Origin: Candidatus Saganbacteria bacterium
GTDB lineage: Bacteria; Margulisbacteria; WOR-1; JAKLHX01
Reading direction: 5' to 3'
Assembly: GCA_026387835.1 (NCBI GenBank)
Contig: JAPLKZ010000013.1
Location: forward strand, 120,001 to 152,000
DNA length: 32,000 nt
This document shows positions 1 through 8,623 of the stretch, one piece after another. The position numbers and the translations under genes were made by a program. Below the pieces are notes generated by a model, which was given only the letters and a program-made list of their open reading frames with translations, had not been told where the DNA came from and searched no databases. Position 1 is the stretch's first letter, and each line of letters opens with the position of its first letter.

Positions 1-291
1 GTGGTCGAATTTCTTTAAGGTTGCAAAATGCAACCTTAAACAATCCAATTCTTCCCATGTGAGTTGGAACATAAAATCTTTGGGAAATCTTGAAATATTT
101 CTATTTACTTGCTGTTTTAATCTTTTGATGCTTTCCTCATATAATGGAGCCAGGTCGGCATCCAACATGACTTTCTGGCCTCTTAAAAGGAAGATACTGG
201 ACTCTATTGATTCGGCGGAAATAATCATACTGTTGGATTTTTCAACATCTTGGTCTACGGATGCCTTTTTGTTACGCACACTTTTTGGCAT
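1..291 (-). CDS. ORF6N-domain (KilA-N-related DNA-binding) protein; N-terminal 97 codons, with the 3' end beyond the left window edge
   Basis: Absent from the ORF track because it runs off the edge. The reverse complement of 291..1 is ATG plus 96 sense codons with no stop: MPKSVRNKKASVDQDVEKSNSMIISAESIESSIFLLRGQKVMLDADLAPLYEESIKRLKQQVNRNISRFPKDFMFQLTWEELDCLRLHFATLKKFDH. The RGQKVMLDxDLAxLY...KRLxxQVxRNxxRFPxDFMFQLT block is the hallmark of ORF6N-domain proteins. An SD-like AGAGAGGA (complement of 297..304) lies 5 nt upstream of the ATG. Confidence 0.75.
   Translation of the reverse strand, partial: MPKSVRNKKASVDQDVEKSNSMIISAESIESSIFLLRGQKVMLDADLAPLYEESIKRLKQQVNRNISRFPKDFMFQLTWEELDCLRLHFATLKKFDH
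14..40. repeat. Perfect 12-bp inverted repeat with a 3-nt spacer (TTTAAGGTTGCA aaa TGCAACCTTAAA) inside the ORF6N coding sequence
   Basis: Read directly: 14..25 is the exact reverse complement of 29..40. Confidence 0.9.
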
Positions 292-407
292 AAATATCCT
301 CTCTTTCCCGGATCAAGGCTTAAAGCCAGCAGCTTACAAATGGTCAATGAGCAATTTATCCGCCACGACAAAGGCTCTATCGCTAGGGTTCTATTAGCAG
401 CAAGCAG

Positions 408-422
408 TCCGCAGACTGCGGA
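408..422. promoter_or_regulatory. 15-bp palindrome TCCGCAG-A-CTGCGGA in the divergent ORF6N/carB intergenic region; candidate dimeric-regulator operator
   Basis: Perfect 7-1-7 dyad read directly. The flanks (AGT at 406..408 side and ACT at 423..425) extend it with one bulged A. Its centre lies about 42 nt upstream of the putative carB -10. No known operator consensus recognised. Confidence 0.25.
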
Positions 423-453
423 ACTTGTTTCATCATAATTATTTTTTTCACCG

Positions 454-462
454 TGATATAAT
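454..462 (+). promoter_or_regulatory. Extended -10 element TGATATAAT for carB; possible leaderless transcript
   Basis: Exact TGnTATAAT match. The hexamer ends 8 nt before the carB ATG (471). No purine-rich SD lies between them (attagttgaa). A promoter must exist somewhere in this 179-bp divergent intergenic region. Confidence 0.35.
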
Positions 463-470
463 TAGTTGAA

Positions 471-3400
471 ATGCCGAAAAGAAACGACATAAAAAAAATA
501 ATGCTCATCGGTTCCGGGCCGATCGTCATCGGCCAGGCGTGCGAGTTCGATTATTCGGGAACGCAGGCGTGCAAGGCCTTAAAAGAAGAAGGATACAAGA
601 TCATCCTTGTGAACAGCAACCCGGCGACAATAATGACGGACCCGGAGTTCGCTGACAGGACCTATATCGAACCGATAACACCGGAGATAGTTGAAAAAAT
701 AATAGCGATAGAAAGACCGGATGCTCTGCTTCCGACGATCGGGGGACAGACGGCCTTGAACACGACCGTGGCTTTAGGTGATTCAGGCGTCTTTAAAAAG
801 TACGGAGTCGAACTTATAGGCGCCAGCCTCGACTCTATAAAAAAAGCGGAGGACAGGCATCTTTTCAAGGAGGCCATGAAAAACATCGGCCTTAACATGC
901 CGAAAAGCTATTCTGTCTACAGTTCCGAAGAAGCGGTCAAGATTATCGGTGACATAGGGTTCCCGGCGATAATCAGGCCGGCTTTCACCCTGGGAGGCAC
1001 GGGCGGGGGGATCGCGTACAATATCGAAGAATTGAAAGAAAAAGTAGCTCAGGGTGTATTTCTGAGCAGGATCGGACAGGTCCTGATCGAGGAATCGGTC
1101 ATAGGATGGAAGGAATACGAGCTTGAGGTGATGCGCGACCTGAAGGATAATGTAGTCATAATCTGCTCGATAGAGAACTTCGATCCTATGGGCATCCACA
1201 CGGGAGACAGCATCACGGTCGCGCCCGCCCAGACGCTGACCGACAAGGAGTACCAAAGATTAAGGAATTATTCCATAGCCGTGATGAGGGAGATCGGAGT
1301 TGATACCGGCGGTTCTAACATCCAGTTCGCCGTAAATCCGGAGAACGGCAGGGTAGTAATAATAGAGATGAACCCGCGCGTCTCCAGAAGTTCGGCGCTC
1401 GCTTCAAAAGCGACAGGATTCCCGATAGCAAAGATCGCCGCCAAGCTTGCCGTGGGGTACACTTTGGACGAGATCCCTAACGACATCACAAAAAAGACCC
1501 CAGCCTCGTTCGAACCGACGATAGATTATGTAGTCACCAAGATCCCGCGGTTCGCTTTCGAGAAATTTCCCGGAGCCGACCAGACGCTCAATATACAGAT
1601 GAAATCAGTCGGAGAGGCAATGGCGATCGGAAGGACTTTTAAGGAATCGCTCCAGAAAGCTCTCAGATCGATCGAGACAGGCGCCTGCGGGCTTGATGAT
1701 ATCAAAGATGAAAAAGAAAAAAGCGTAAGCGGACACAGCGAAGATGAACAGTCGCTGCAATTATCGATCTATGACAGGCCTAAGACAGAGACCGGAGATA
1801 TACCGCTTGAAAAAATAAAAGAAAAGATCAGTATCCCCAATCCGGAAAGGCTGTTCTATATCAAAAAAGCATTTCAATCCGGCATTTCACTGGAAGACGT
1901 CTGCAAATTATCAAAGATCGACAAATGGTTCCTGGACAATATTTTGCAGATCGTCTCGATGGAGGAAAAGATCAAGAACGGGAAGTCCTCTGTAAAGATG
2001 ACCGGAGACAGGTACGATATTGATGCAAAATTATTACTGGAAGCGAAAAGATGCGGATTTTCTGACAAACAGATAGCAAGGATGTGGGATATGACCGAGC
2101 ATGAGGTGGCAAGTGCCCGAAAGAATGCCGGCATCATTCCGGCGTATAAGACGGTCGATACTTGCGCGGCGGAGTTCGAGGCGTATACACCATATTACTA
2201 TTCTACTTACGAAAAAGAGGACGAGGTCGCGCCGTGCAAAAAACCGAAGATCATGATCCTCGGGGGAGGGCCCAACCGGATCGGACAGGGCATCGAGTTC
2301 GATTATTGCTGCTGCCATGCCTCGTTCGCCCTGAAAGAGGACGGCTACGAGACTATAATGGTCAACTGCAATCCCGAAACTGTCTCGACAGATTACGATA
2401 CTTCCGACAGGCTGTATTTTGAGCCTATGACTTTTGAGGACATAATGCACATAGCGGAGCGCGAAAAACCCATCGGCGCGATAGTCCAGTTCGGCGGCCA
2501 GACGCCCCTTAAACTGGCGGTCCCGCTTGAGAAAGCCGGGCTGAAGCTTCTGGGGACATCGTCCGAATCAATAGATATAGCAGAGGACAGGAAAAGGTTT
2601 GAACAGATGCTTGAAAAACTGGAAATACCCCGTCCCAACAACGGGATGGCCATGTCTTACGAAGAAGCAAATGTTGTCGCAAAAAGAATCGGTTATCCAG
2701 TGCTGGTGAGGCCGTCATATGTCCTTGGAGGAAGAGCGATGCAGATAGTATATGATGACGGGATGCTGCGCGATTATATGAAGAACGCGGTGAACGTGTC
2801 TCCCGACCATCCTGTCCTGATCGACCAGTTCCTGGAGGATGCGATCGAGATCGACGTGGATTGTGTTTCGGACGGCAGGGATGTCATCATCGCAGGGATA
2901 ATGGAGCACATTGAAGAAGCGGGGATACACAGCGGTGACAGCGCATGCGTGCTTCCTCCGTTCTCCATCGGAGAAGAAATAATAAAAAAAATAAAAGAAT
3001 ACACCTATGCCATGGCTAAAAAGCTGAAGGTCTCGGGGCTCATGAACGTCCAGTACGCTATCAAAAGCGATAAAGTATATGTGCTTGAAGTGAACCCGCG
3101 CGCGTCGCGCACTGTCCCGTTCGTAAGCAAAGCGACCGGTGTCTCATGGGCGAAGATCGCGGCAAGGGTCATGGCAGGCAAGACTTTAAAAGAACTGAAA
3201 GTGAAGGAGGCAGTGCCTGATCATTTGTCTGTCAAAGAAGTGGTCCTCCCGTTCATAAAGTTTTCCAAACAGGATACCGTTCTTGGCCCGGAGATGAAAT
3301 CCACCGGCGAGGTCATGGGGATCTCGAACAACCTCGGTGAAGCGTTCGCAAAAGCCCAGATCGGTGCCGGAGAAAATATCCCGGTCAAAGGCACCGTTTT

Positions 3401-3785
3401 TATTTCTGTCAGGGACAGGGACAAACGTCCGATCGTCCCGATCGCAAAGATGCTGTCCACCCTGGGCTTTGATATCATCGCGACCGAAGGGACGGCAAAT
3501 GCCCTCGGCAGGTCGGGTATAGATGTGAGAAAAATAAAAAAAGTCAGCGAAGGCAGGCCGAACATAGCGGATGAGATAAAATCCGGGAAGATCGATCTTG
3601 TTATCAACACACCTCAGGGCAAAGGCCCGAGATCCGACGAATATTCGATCAGAAGAGAGGCGCTGCTCGGCAAAATACTGGTGGTAACGACCATCCCCGG
3701 CGCGCAGGCGATCACCGGGGCGATCGAATATTTGACAAAGTCACAGTTGACAGTGAAGGCGCTTCAGGAGTATTTTAGTAAATAA
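471..3785 (+). CDS. carB: Carbamoyl-phosphate synthase large subunit
   Basis: 1104 aa. The N-terminus [42 protein letters not shown] is the canonical CarB start. A duplicated ATP-grasp half follows (second [22 protein letters not shown]), then a C-terminal MGS-like allosteric domain. Confidence 0.97.
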   Translation: MPKRNDIKKIMLIGSGPIVIGQACEFDYSGTQACKALKEEGYKIILVNSNPATIMTDPEFADRTYIEPITPEIVEKIIAIERPDALLPTIGGQTALNTTVALGDSGVFKKYGVELIGASLDSIKKAEDRHLFKEAMKNIGLNMPKSYSVYSSEEAVKIIGDIGFPAIIRPAFTLGGTGGGIAYNIEELKEKVAQGVFLSRIGQVLIEESVIGWKEYELEVMRDLKDNVVIICSIENFDPMGIHTGDSITVAPAQTLTDKEYQRLRNYSIAVMREIGVDTGGSNIQFAVNPENGRVVIIEMNPRVSRSSALASKATGFPIAKIAAKLAVGYTLDEIPNDITKKTPASFEPTIDYVVTKIPRFAFEKFPGADQTLNIQMKSVGEAMAIGRTFKESLQKALRSIETGACGLDDIKDEKEKSVSGHSEDEQSLQLSIYDRPKTETGDIPLEKIKEKISIPNPERLFYIKKAFQSGISLEDVCKLSKIDKWFLDNILQIVSMEEKIKNGKSSVKMTGDRYDIDAKLLLEAKRCGFSDKQIARMWDMTEHEVASARKNAGIIPAYKTVDTCAAEFEAYTPYYYSTYEKEDEVAPCKKPKIMILGGGPNRIGQGIEFDYCCCHASFALKEDGYETIMVNCNPETVSTDYDTSDRLYFEPMTFEDIMHIAEREKPIGAIVQFGGQTPLKLAVPLEKAGLKLLGTSSESIDIAEDRKRFEQMLEKLEIPRPNNGMAMSYEEANVVAKRIGYPVLVRPSYVLGGRAMQIVYDDGMLRDYMKNAVNVSPDHPVLIDQFLEDAIEIDVDCVSDGRDVIIAGIMEHIEEAGIHSGDSACVLPPFSIGEEIIKKIKEYTYAMAKKLKVSGLMNVQYAIKSDKVYVLEVNPRASRTVPFVSKATGVSWAKIAARVMAGKTLKELKVKEAVPDHLSVKEVVLPFIKFSKQDTVLGPEMKSTGEVMGISNNLGEAFAKAQIGAGENIPVKGTVFISVRDRDKRPIVPIAKMLSTLGFDIIATEGTANALGRSGIDVRKIKKVSEGRPNIADEIKSGKIDLVINTPQGKGPRSDEYSIRREALLGKILVVTTIPGAQAITGAIEYLTKSQLTVKALQEYFSK

Positions 3786-3831
3786 CCTTGGTGAAGACGC
3801 CACGGAAATATTTTTTGAGGGAGGTGAAAAG

Positions 3832-3975
3832 ATGGAAGCATACTGCGTGAAATGCAAAAGCAAGAAAGAGATGAAAGATGCAAAGGAAGTCAAGCTTAAA
3901 AACGGGAGACCGGCTACGACAGGGACCTGCGGGACCTGCGGAACTAAAATGTTCAGAATAGGAGCGTCAAAGTAA
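3832..3975 (+). CDS. 47-aa Cys4 zinc-ribbon mini-protein (resembles the DUF5679 family)
   Basis: Below the ORF-track size cutoff. GAGGGAGGTG SD lies 5 nt upstream of the ATG. Translation: MEAYCVKCKSKKEMKDAKEVKLKNGRPATTGTCGTCGTKMFRIGASK, with CxxC at residues 5-8 and 33-36. The CVKCK...LKNGRPA...G.C..CGTKMFRIG pattern matches small zinc-ribbon proteins I recall as DUF5679. The TAA stop ends 1 nt before the dnaE ATG. Confidence 0.7.
   Translation: MEAYCVKCKSKKEMKDAKEVKLKNGRPATTGTCGTCGTKMFRIGASK
3922..3939 (+). repeat. Perfect tandem duplication of the 9-mer GGGACCTGC (x2), encoding GTC-GTC, which is the second CxxC knuckle of the mini-protein
   Basis: Read directly: 3922..3930 is identical to 3931..3939. 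Confidence 0.9.
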
Positions 3976-3976
3976 A

Positions 3977-6900
3977 ATGTCCGGGGCCTCCGATTTTATC
4001 CACCTTCATGTCCACAGCGAATTCAGCCTTCTGGACGGAGCGTGCAGGATACGGGATATCATCAAGAAGGCCGGTAATCTGGGTATGGATGCGGTCGCGG
4101 TCACCGACCACGGTAACATGTATGCCGCGATCAGGTTCTACTTTGAAGCCAAAGCGGCCGGCATCCATCCCATAATCGGCTGCGAAGCGTATCTTGCGCC
4201 CAGGACGAGGTTTGATAAAGAGACAAAAGAAGACCGCTCGCCTTACCATATCACCTTGATAGCAAAGGATCTGATCGGTTACCACAATCTTTTGTCTCTT
4301 GTCACGCTGTCAAATACCGAAGGATTTTACTCAAAGCCCCGTATAGACAAGGACCTTTTGGCAAAATACGGCAAAGGACTTGTCGTGCTTTCGGGGTGTC
4401 TGGGGGGAGAGATACCTTCCCTTATTCTTTCGGGGAACCGGGACGAAGCGGAAAAGACCGCGTCCGATATGAAAGATATGTTCGGCGGCGATTTTTACCT
4501 CGAGGTCATGGACAACGACCTGCCGGAACAAAGACCGGTAAACAATGTTCTTTTTGAGATATCAAAAAAACTGGCCATCCCTTGTGTCGCCACCAATGAC
4601 TGCCATTATATCGATAAAGACGATTCCCCCGCCCAGGACACGCTGCTGTGCATAGGCACGGGAAGATTTGTCGACGAAGAATCCCGGATGAGGTTCGGAA
4701 GCAGCGAGTTCTACATGAAATCCGGGGAGGAAATGGCGGCGTTGTTCACGGATATGCCGGAAGCCATCAGCAATACCCGAGAAATAAGAGAAAAATGCGG
4801 TTTCAAGATCGAGACAGGGAAGCTCCATTTTCCTGATTTTCCGGTACCAAAAGGAGAGACTTCTTTTTCATTCCTTCGCGATCTTGCAGGAGAAGGGATA
4901 AAAAAGAGATACGGCAGTTCTCCGCGCAAAGAGGTCACGGACAGGCTGGAGTATGAACTTTCCGTGATCGACAAGATGGGATACGCGCCATTCTTTCTGG
5001 TTGTCCAGGATTTTATCAATTACGCTAAAGATAAAGGAATTGAAGTAGGCCCCGGAAGAGGTTCGGCTGCCGGAAGCATAGTCTCCTACGCTGTCGGGAT
5101 AACAGAGGTCGATCCCCTGAAATACAATCTGATCTTTGAAAGGTTCCTGAACATCGAGAGAGTCACCATGCCTGATATCGATACCGATTTCTGCTTCCAG
5201 CGGCGCCAGGAAGTCATCGATTATGTGATAAAAAAATACGGGGAGGACCATGTCGCGCAAATAATCACGTTCGGCACAATAAAAGCGCGCGCATCGATCA
5301 GGGATGTCGGCAGAGTCCAGAGAATGCCGCTTTCCGATGTGGACAGGATAGCAAAGCTTATCCCTGATTCTGTCGACGCGACCATAGATAAAGCCCTTTC
5401 ATCGGTAAAGGAATTCAAGGACTTGTACGAAAGCGATACTGCGACAAAGGACCTGATAGATACCGCGAGGACGCTCGAGGGACTGACAAGGCACGCGTCG
5501 GTCCATGCGGCCGGAGTGGTTATCTCGCAGAGGCCGCTTGTGGAATATGTCCCGTTGCAGCTCATGAACGAGACTCAGATGGTGACGCAATACTCTATGA
5601 AGGACCTGGAAAAAATAGGCCTACTGAAGATGGATTTTCTCGGCCTCAGGAACCTGACGATGATTGCTGAAGCAGTAAAACTTATAGAAAAAAAGACGGG
5701 GGCCAGGCCCGACATAAAAAATATCCCGTTTGATGACCAGCAGACATTTGACCTGCTCTCCAAAGGCGAGACGATGGGGATATTTCAGCTTGAAAGCCGG
5801 GGGATGAGGGCCTTGATCAAAGAACTGAAACCTGACAGGTTCGAGGATATCATTGCGTTGAACGCCCTCTACCGGCCGGGCCCTCTTGAAAGCGGTATGG
5901 CTAAGGATTTTACGGACAGGAAAAAAGGGCTGACAAAAACAAAATATGAACTTGCCGAACTTGAGCCGATACTAAAGGAGACATACGGCGTCATACTTTA
6001 TCAGGAGCAGGTAATGGAGATCGCCAGTTCGATCGCCGGATTTACGATGGGTGAAGCTGACGTTCTGCGTTATGCCATGGGCAAAAAAAATACCCGCGAA
6101 ATGGCAAAACAAAGGGAAAAGTTCATCAAAGGCACATTAGAAAAAGGGTTTTCTCAGAAGAAAGCTAAAGAGCTTTTTGATCTTTGTGAGCATTTCTCGG
6201 GATATGGCTTCAATAAATCACATAGCACAGCGTACTCGATAATCTCTTACCAGACAGCATATCTCAAAGCTCATTATCCGAAAGAATTCATGGCGGCGCT
6301 GCTGACCTCGGTCATCGGGGACACCGACAAGATAACCTCCTATATCGTGGAATGCTTGAGGATGGGCATCAGCGTCCTTCCGCCGGACATAAATGAGAGC
6401 GGGAGGGATTTTTCCGTGAGCGAAAAGGGTGTCCGTTTCGCGCTTGCGGCTGTGAAGAACATAGGGTTCAATGCGATAGACGCTATCGTCGCACAAAGGG
6501 CAGAATCGGGGAGTTTCGTTTCTTTTGAGAAATTTTGCGAGAGGATGGACCAGAGAGCGGTAAATAAAAAAGTCATCGAAAGCCTGATAAAATGCGGAGC
6601 TTTTGATTCTACCGGAGAGGACAGGGGCGTGCTGTTGTCACGATATGAAAAAGTATTATCCCGGGTCAACAAAGTTTCCTCTGTGCATCACAAGCGACAG
6701 ACCAACCTGTTCGGCGAGAGCGTCAACCTGTCCGCTGTCCAGGAAGAACCTGAAGCGGAAAATGCCGCGGTATTTTCAAAAGAGCAGATACTAAGGATGG
6801 AGAAAGAAATGCTAGGGGTGTATCTTTCCGGGCATCCCATGCAGGGCGTGAGCGAGCAGATGGAATTACTGTCAAATACCAAGATCTCCGACATAGCGCA

Positions 6901-7399
6901 TGAAAAAGAGGGTGCAAATGTCAGGGTCGGAGGGGTATTCAGCGGGGTGCGAAAGGTCACCACGCGCAAAAAAGAAACGATGGCGGTAGCGCGTTTTGAA
7001 GACCTTACGGGATCGATACAGGTCGTTATTTTTCCAAGGACCTATGAAAGGTATTCTTCCATGATAGTCGAGGATGTCCCTGTTATACTGAAAGGGAGAG
7101 CTGATTTTAAGAACGATGAACTGCAGGTGATCTGCGAGGAGATAGAGATCCTTGACAGGGTGAAGACAAAAAGGGGTATGCATATAGAGATACCTCAAAG
7201 GCTTCTGCAGGAAGATATCTCAAGGCTCAAGACCGTATTTGCGGTATTCCCGGGAGCGGAGGCTACATTCCTGCATATCGGCGGCAAGGTGATATCGGCT
7301 TCAGAGAACTACAGGATATCGATCTCTCCGGCCCTCATCGACCAGGTGGAAAAGATCACGGGTAAAGGATCTACATGGATAACGTTCCACGAGACTTAA
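3977..7399 (+). CDS. dnaE: DNA polymerase III alpha subunit
   Basis: 1140 aa. N-terminal PHP domain (FIHLHVHSEFSLLDGA), polymerase core motifs (MPDIDTDF, HAAGVVIS, DFLGLRNLT) and a C-terminal OB-fold region. Confidence 0.97.
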   Translation: MSGASDFIHLHVHSEFSLLDGACRIRDIIKKAGNLGMDAVAVTDHGNMYAAIRFYFEAKAAGIHPIIGCEAYLAPRTRFDKETKEDRSPYHITLIAKDLIGYHNLLSLVTLSNTEGFYSKPRIDKDLLAKYGKGLVVLSGCLGGEIPSLILSGNRDEAEKTASDMKDMFGGDFYLEVMDNDLPEQRPVNNVLFEISKKLAIPCVATNDCHYIDKDDSPAQDTLLCIGTGRFVDEESRMRFGSSEFYMKSGEEMAALFTDMPEAISNTREIREKCGFKIETGKLHFPDFPVPKGETSFSFLRDLAGEGIKKRYGSSPRKEVTDRLEYELSVIDKMGYAPFFLVVQDFINYAKDKGIEVGPGRGSAAGSIVSYAVGITEVDPLKYNLIFERFLNIERVTMPDIDTDFCFQRRQEVIDYVIKKYGEDHVAQIITFGTIKARASIRDVGRVQRMPLSDVDRIAKLIPDSVDATIDKALSSVKEFKDLYESDTATKDLIDTARTLEGLTRHASVHAAGVVISQRPLVEYVPLQLMNETQMVTQYSMKDLEKIGLLKMDFLGLRNLTMIAEAVKLIEKKTGARPDIKNIPFDDQQTFDLLSKGETMGIFQLESRGMRALIKELKPDRFEDIIALNALYRPGPLESGMAKDFTDRKKGLTKTKYELAELEPILKETYGVILYQEQVMEIASSIAGFTMGEADVLRYAMGKKNTREMAKQREKFIKGTLEKGFSQKKAKELFDLCEHFSGYGFNKSHSTAYSIISYQTAYLKAHYPKEFMAALLTSVIGDTDKITSYIVECLRMGISVLPPDINESGRDFSVSEKGVRFALAAVKNIGFNAIDAIVAQRAESGSFVSFEKFCERMDQRAVNKKVIESLIKCGAFDSTGEDRGVLLSRYEKVLSRVNKVSSVHHKRQTNLFGESVNLSAVQEEPEAENAAVFSKEQILRMEKEMLGVYLSGHPMQGVSEQMELLSNTKISDIAHEKEGANVRVGGVFSGVRKVTTRKKETMAVARFEDLTGSIQVVIFPRTYERYSSMIVEDVPVILKGRADFKNDELQVICEEIEILDRVKTKRGMHIEIPQRLLQEDISRLKTVFAVFPGAEATFLHIGGKVISASENYRISISPALIDQVEKITGKGSTWITFHET

Positions 7400-7420
7400 T
7401 CTCTTCAAGGAGGTGTAAAG

Positions 7421-7732
7421 ATGGAATTAAGATTTAACAAAGACGGGCTTGTCCCGGCCATCGCCCAGGATCATAAGACAGGGGATGTCCTGATGCTCGC
7501 CTACATGAACGCCGAGTCGCTTGAAAAGACCCTGAAAGACAAGAAGGCGTGGTACTGGAGCAGGAGCAGGAACAAACTATGGATGAAAGGGGAAACTTCC
7601 GGAAATGTCCAGCGGGTCAAGGAGGTCTTATATGACTGCGATGAGGACGCGATACTATTAAAGGTAGAGCAGACCGGACCTGCCTGCCATACCGGCAACC
7701 GCAGTTGTTTTTACAGGAAATTTGAATTATAA
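7421..7732 (+). CDS. hisI: Phosphoribosyl-AMP cyclohydrolase (monofunctional HisI)
   Basis: 103 aa. [13 protein letters not shown]...LMLAYMN...WYWSRSR..LW.KGETSGN...DCD.DA.L..V.Q.GPACHTG..SCF is the HisI signature. AAGGAGGTG SD upstream. Confidence 0.9.
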   Translation: MELRFNKDGLVPAIAQDHKTGDVLMLAYMNAESLEKTLKDKKAWYWSRSRNKLWMKGETSGNVQRVKEVLYDCDEDAILLKVEQTGPACHTGNRSCFYRKFEL

Positions 7733-7739
7733 TTAATAT

Positions 7740-8486
7740 ATGGACAAAGTCGAACTGGAAGTAAAATTAAGAAAAGACAAACCTAACCGCGTCAGAAACA
7801 GCGGGGCAGTGCCTGCGGTAATCTACGGTAAGGATTTTGAGACCCTTTCCGTGGAAGTGGACGCTAAAAAGATGTCGACGCTTTTCGGCGCGGGATCAAA
7901 TAAAAACGTCCTGATAACACTGAAAGTCCATGACGGGAAAAAATTGTCGGACTTTCCGGTCCTGGCGCACGAAATACAAACTAATGCCTTGAACGACAAT
8001 ATCTCCCACATAGACTTCTTGAGAATAAACATGAAAGAAGAAATAAAGACAAAAGTATCCGTAATATCGATCGGTGAAGCCACAGGCGTGAAACTTGACG
8101 GCGGAATACTGGTACAGGCGCTCAGGCAGATAGAAGTAAAATGTCTGCCGGCAGACATACCCGGCAAGATCGAAATAGATGTAACGGCTTTGAAGATCGG
8201 CGATTCGATCCATGTCGGAGATATCACTCCTCCAAAAGGCGTGACGATCACGTCTACCAGGGACGATGTGGTCATCACGGTCACGATGCCGACCAAGGAA
8301 GAGGAAGTGGCCCCTGTTGCGGCCGCTGTCGTTGAAGGTGTGGTAACGGAGGAAGGCGCAGTGCCGGCAGAAGGTGCAGCGGCGGTTGAAGGCGCCGAAC
8401 CGCAAAAAGACAAAGATAAAGACAAGGAAAAAGTTCCTGCAGAAGCAGCGGCAAAAGCAAAAGCTCCTCAAAAACCATCTAAATAA
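7740..8486 (+). CDS. rplY: 50S ribosomal protein L25 / general stress protein Ctc form, with an Ala/Glu/Val/Lys-rich C-terminal extension
   Basis: 248 aa. The N-terminus (RVRNSGAVPAVIYGK...) and the two-domain Ctc-type body are present. The last ~60 aa are low complexity (KDKDKDKEK, AAAKAKAPQKPSK). Confidence 0.9.
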   Translation: MDKVELEVKLRKDKPNRVRNSGAVPAVIYGKDFETLSVEVDAKKMSTLFGAGSNKNVLITLKVHDGKKLSDFPVLAHEIQTNALNDNISHIDFLRINMKEEIKTKVSVISIGEATGVKLDGGILVQALRQIEVKCLPADIPGKIEIDVTALKIGDSIHVGDITPPKGVTITSTRDDVVITVTMPTKEEEVAPVAAAVVEGVVTEEGAVPAEGAAAVEGAEPQKDKDKDKEKVPAEAAAKAKAPQKPSK

Positions 8487-8572
8487 AACAGAAAAATCAC
8501 CCGCAAGTTTAAGACCTTAGAAAGCGATATATTATATAGACAGCGGTGTTTTTGTCAGCCGCATTAGTTTCG

Positions 8573-8601
8573 TTGACTTTATTGCGGCGAGAAGGTATCA
8601 T
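8573..8601 (+). promoter_or_regulatory. Sigma-70-type promoter candidate TTGACT-N17-TATCAT upstream of the fliK-like gene
   Basis: Hexamers and the 17-nt spacer were counted directly. The predicted TSS (~8608) lies just upstream of the AGGAGG SD (8611..8616) and the ATG at 8624. Confidence 0.4.
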
Positions 8602-8623
8602 TTTGAAAAAGGAGGAGTAAGTC

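Noticed and set aside
59-438. Plus-strand ORFs 59..397 (112 aa) and 250..438 (62 aa) from the ORF track
   Set aside because: They have no recognisable motifs and odd composition. The opposite strand (291..1) encodes a clear ORF6N-domain protein with an SD, so these are shadow ORFs.
1690-1850. Extra ~25-30 aa charged segment ([44 protein letters not shown]) in the CarB oligomerisation-domain region
   Set aside because: This linker region is length-variable among CarB orthologs. It is a low-complexity insertion with no motif, and it is not evidently functional or novel.
662-7198. Numerous 60-160 aa ORFs in other frames within carB and dnaE
   Set aside because: All are nested inside two long, unambiguously homologous CDSs, and none has independent support.
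7823-8471. Minus-strand ORFs of 200 aa and 191 aa, and small + ORFs, overlapping rplY
   Set aside because: These are antisense or alternate frames of the L25/Ctc gene, including its GC-rich Ala/Glu tail, which suppresses stops in other frames.
8295-8486. Ala/Glu/Val/Lys-rich C-terminal tail of L25/Ctc, with KDKDKDKEK encoded by short GACAAAGAT-type repeats
   Set aside because: Ctc-type L25 proteins frequently carry variable low-complexity C-terminal extensions. The nucleotide repeats simply reflect the peptide repeat.
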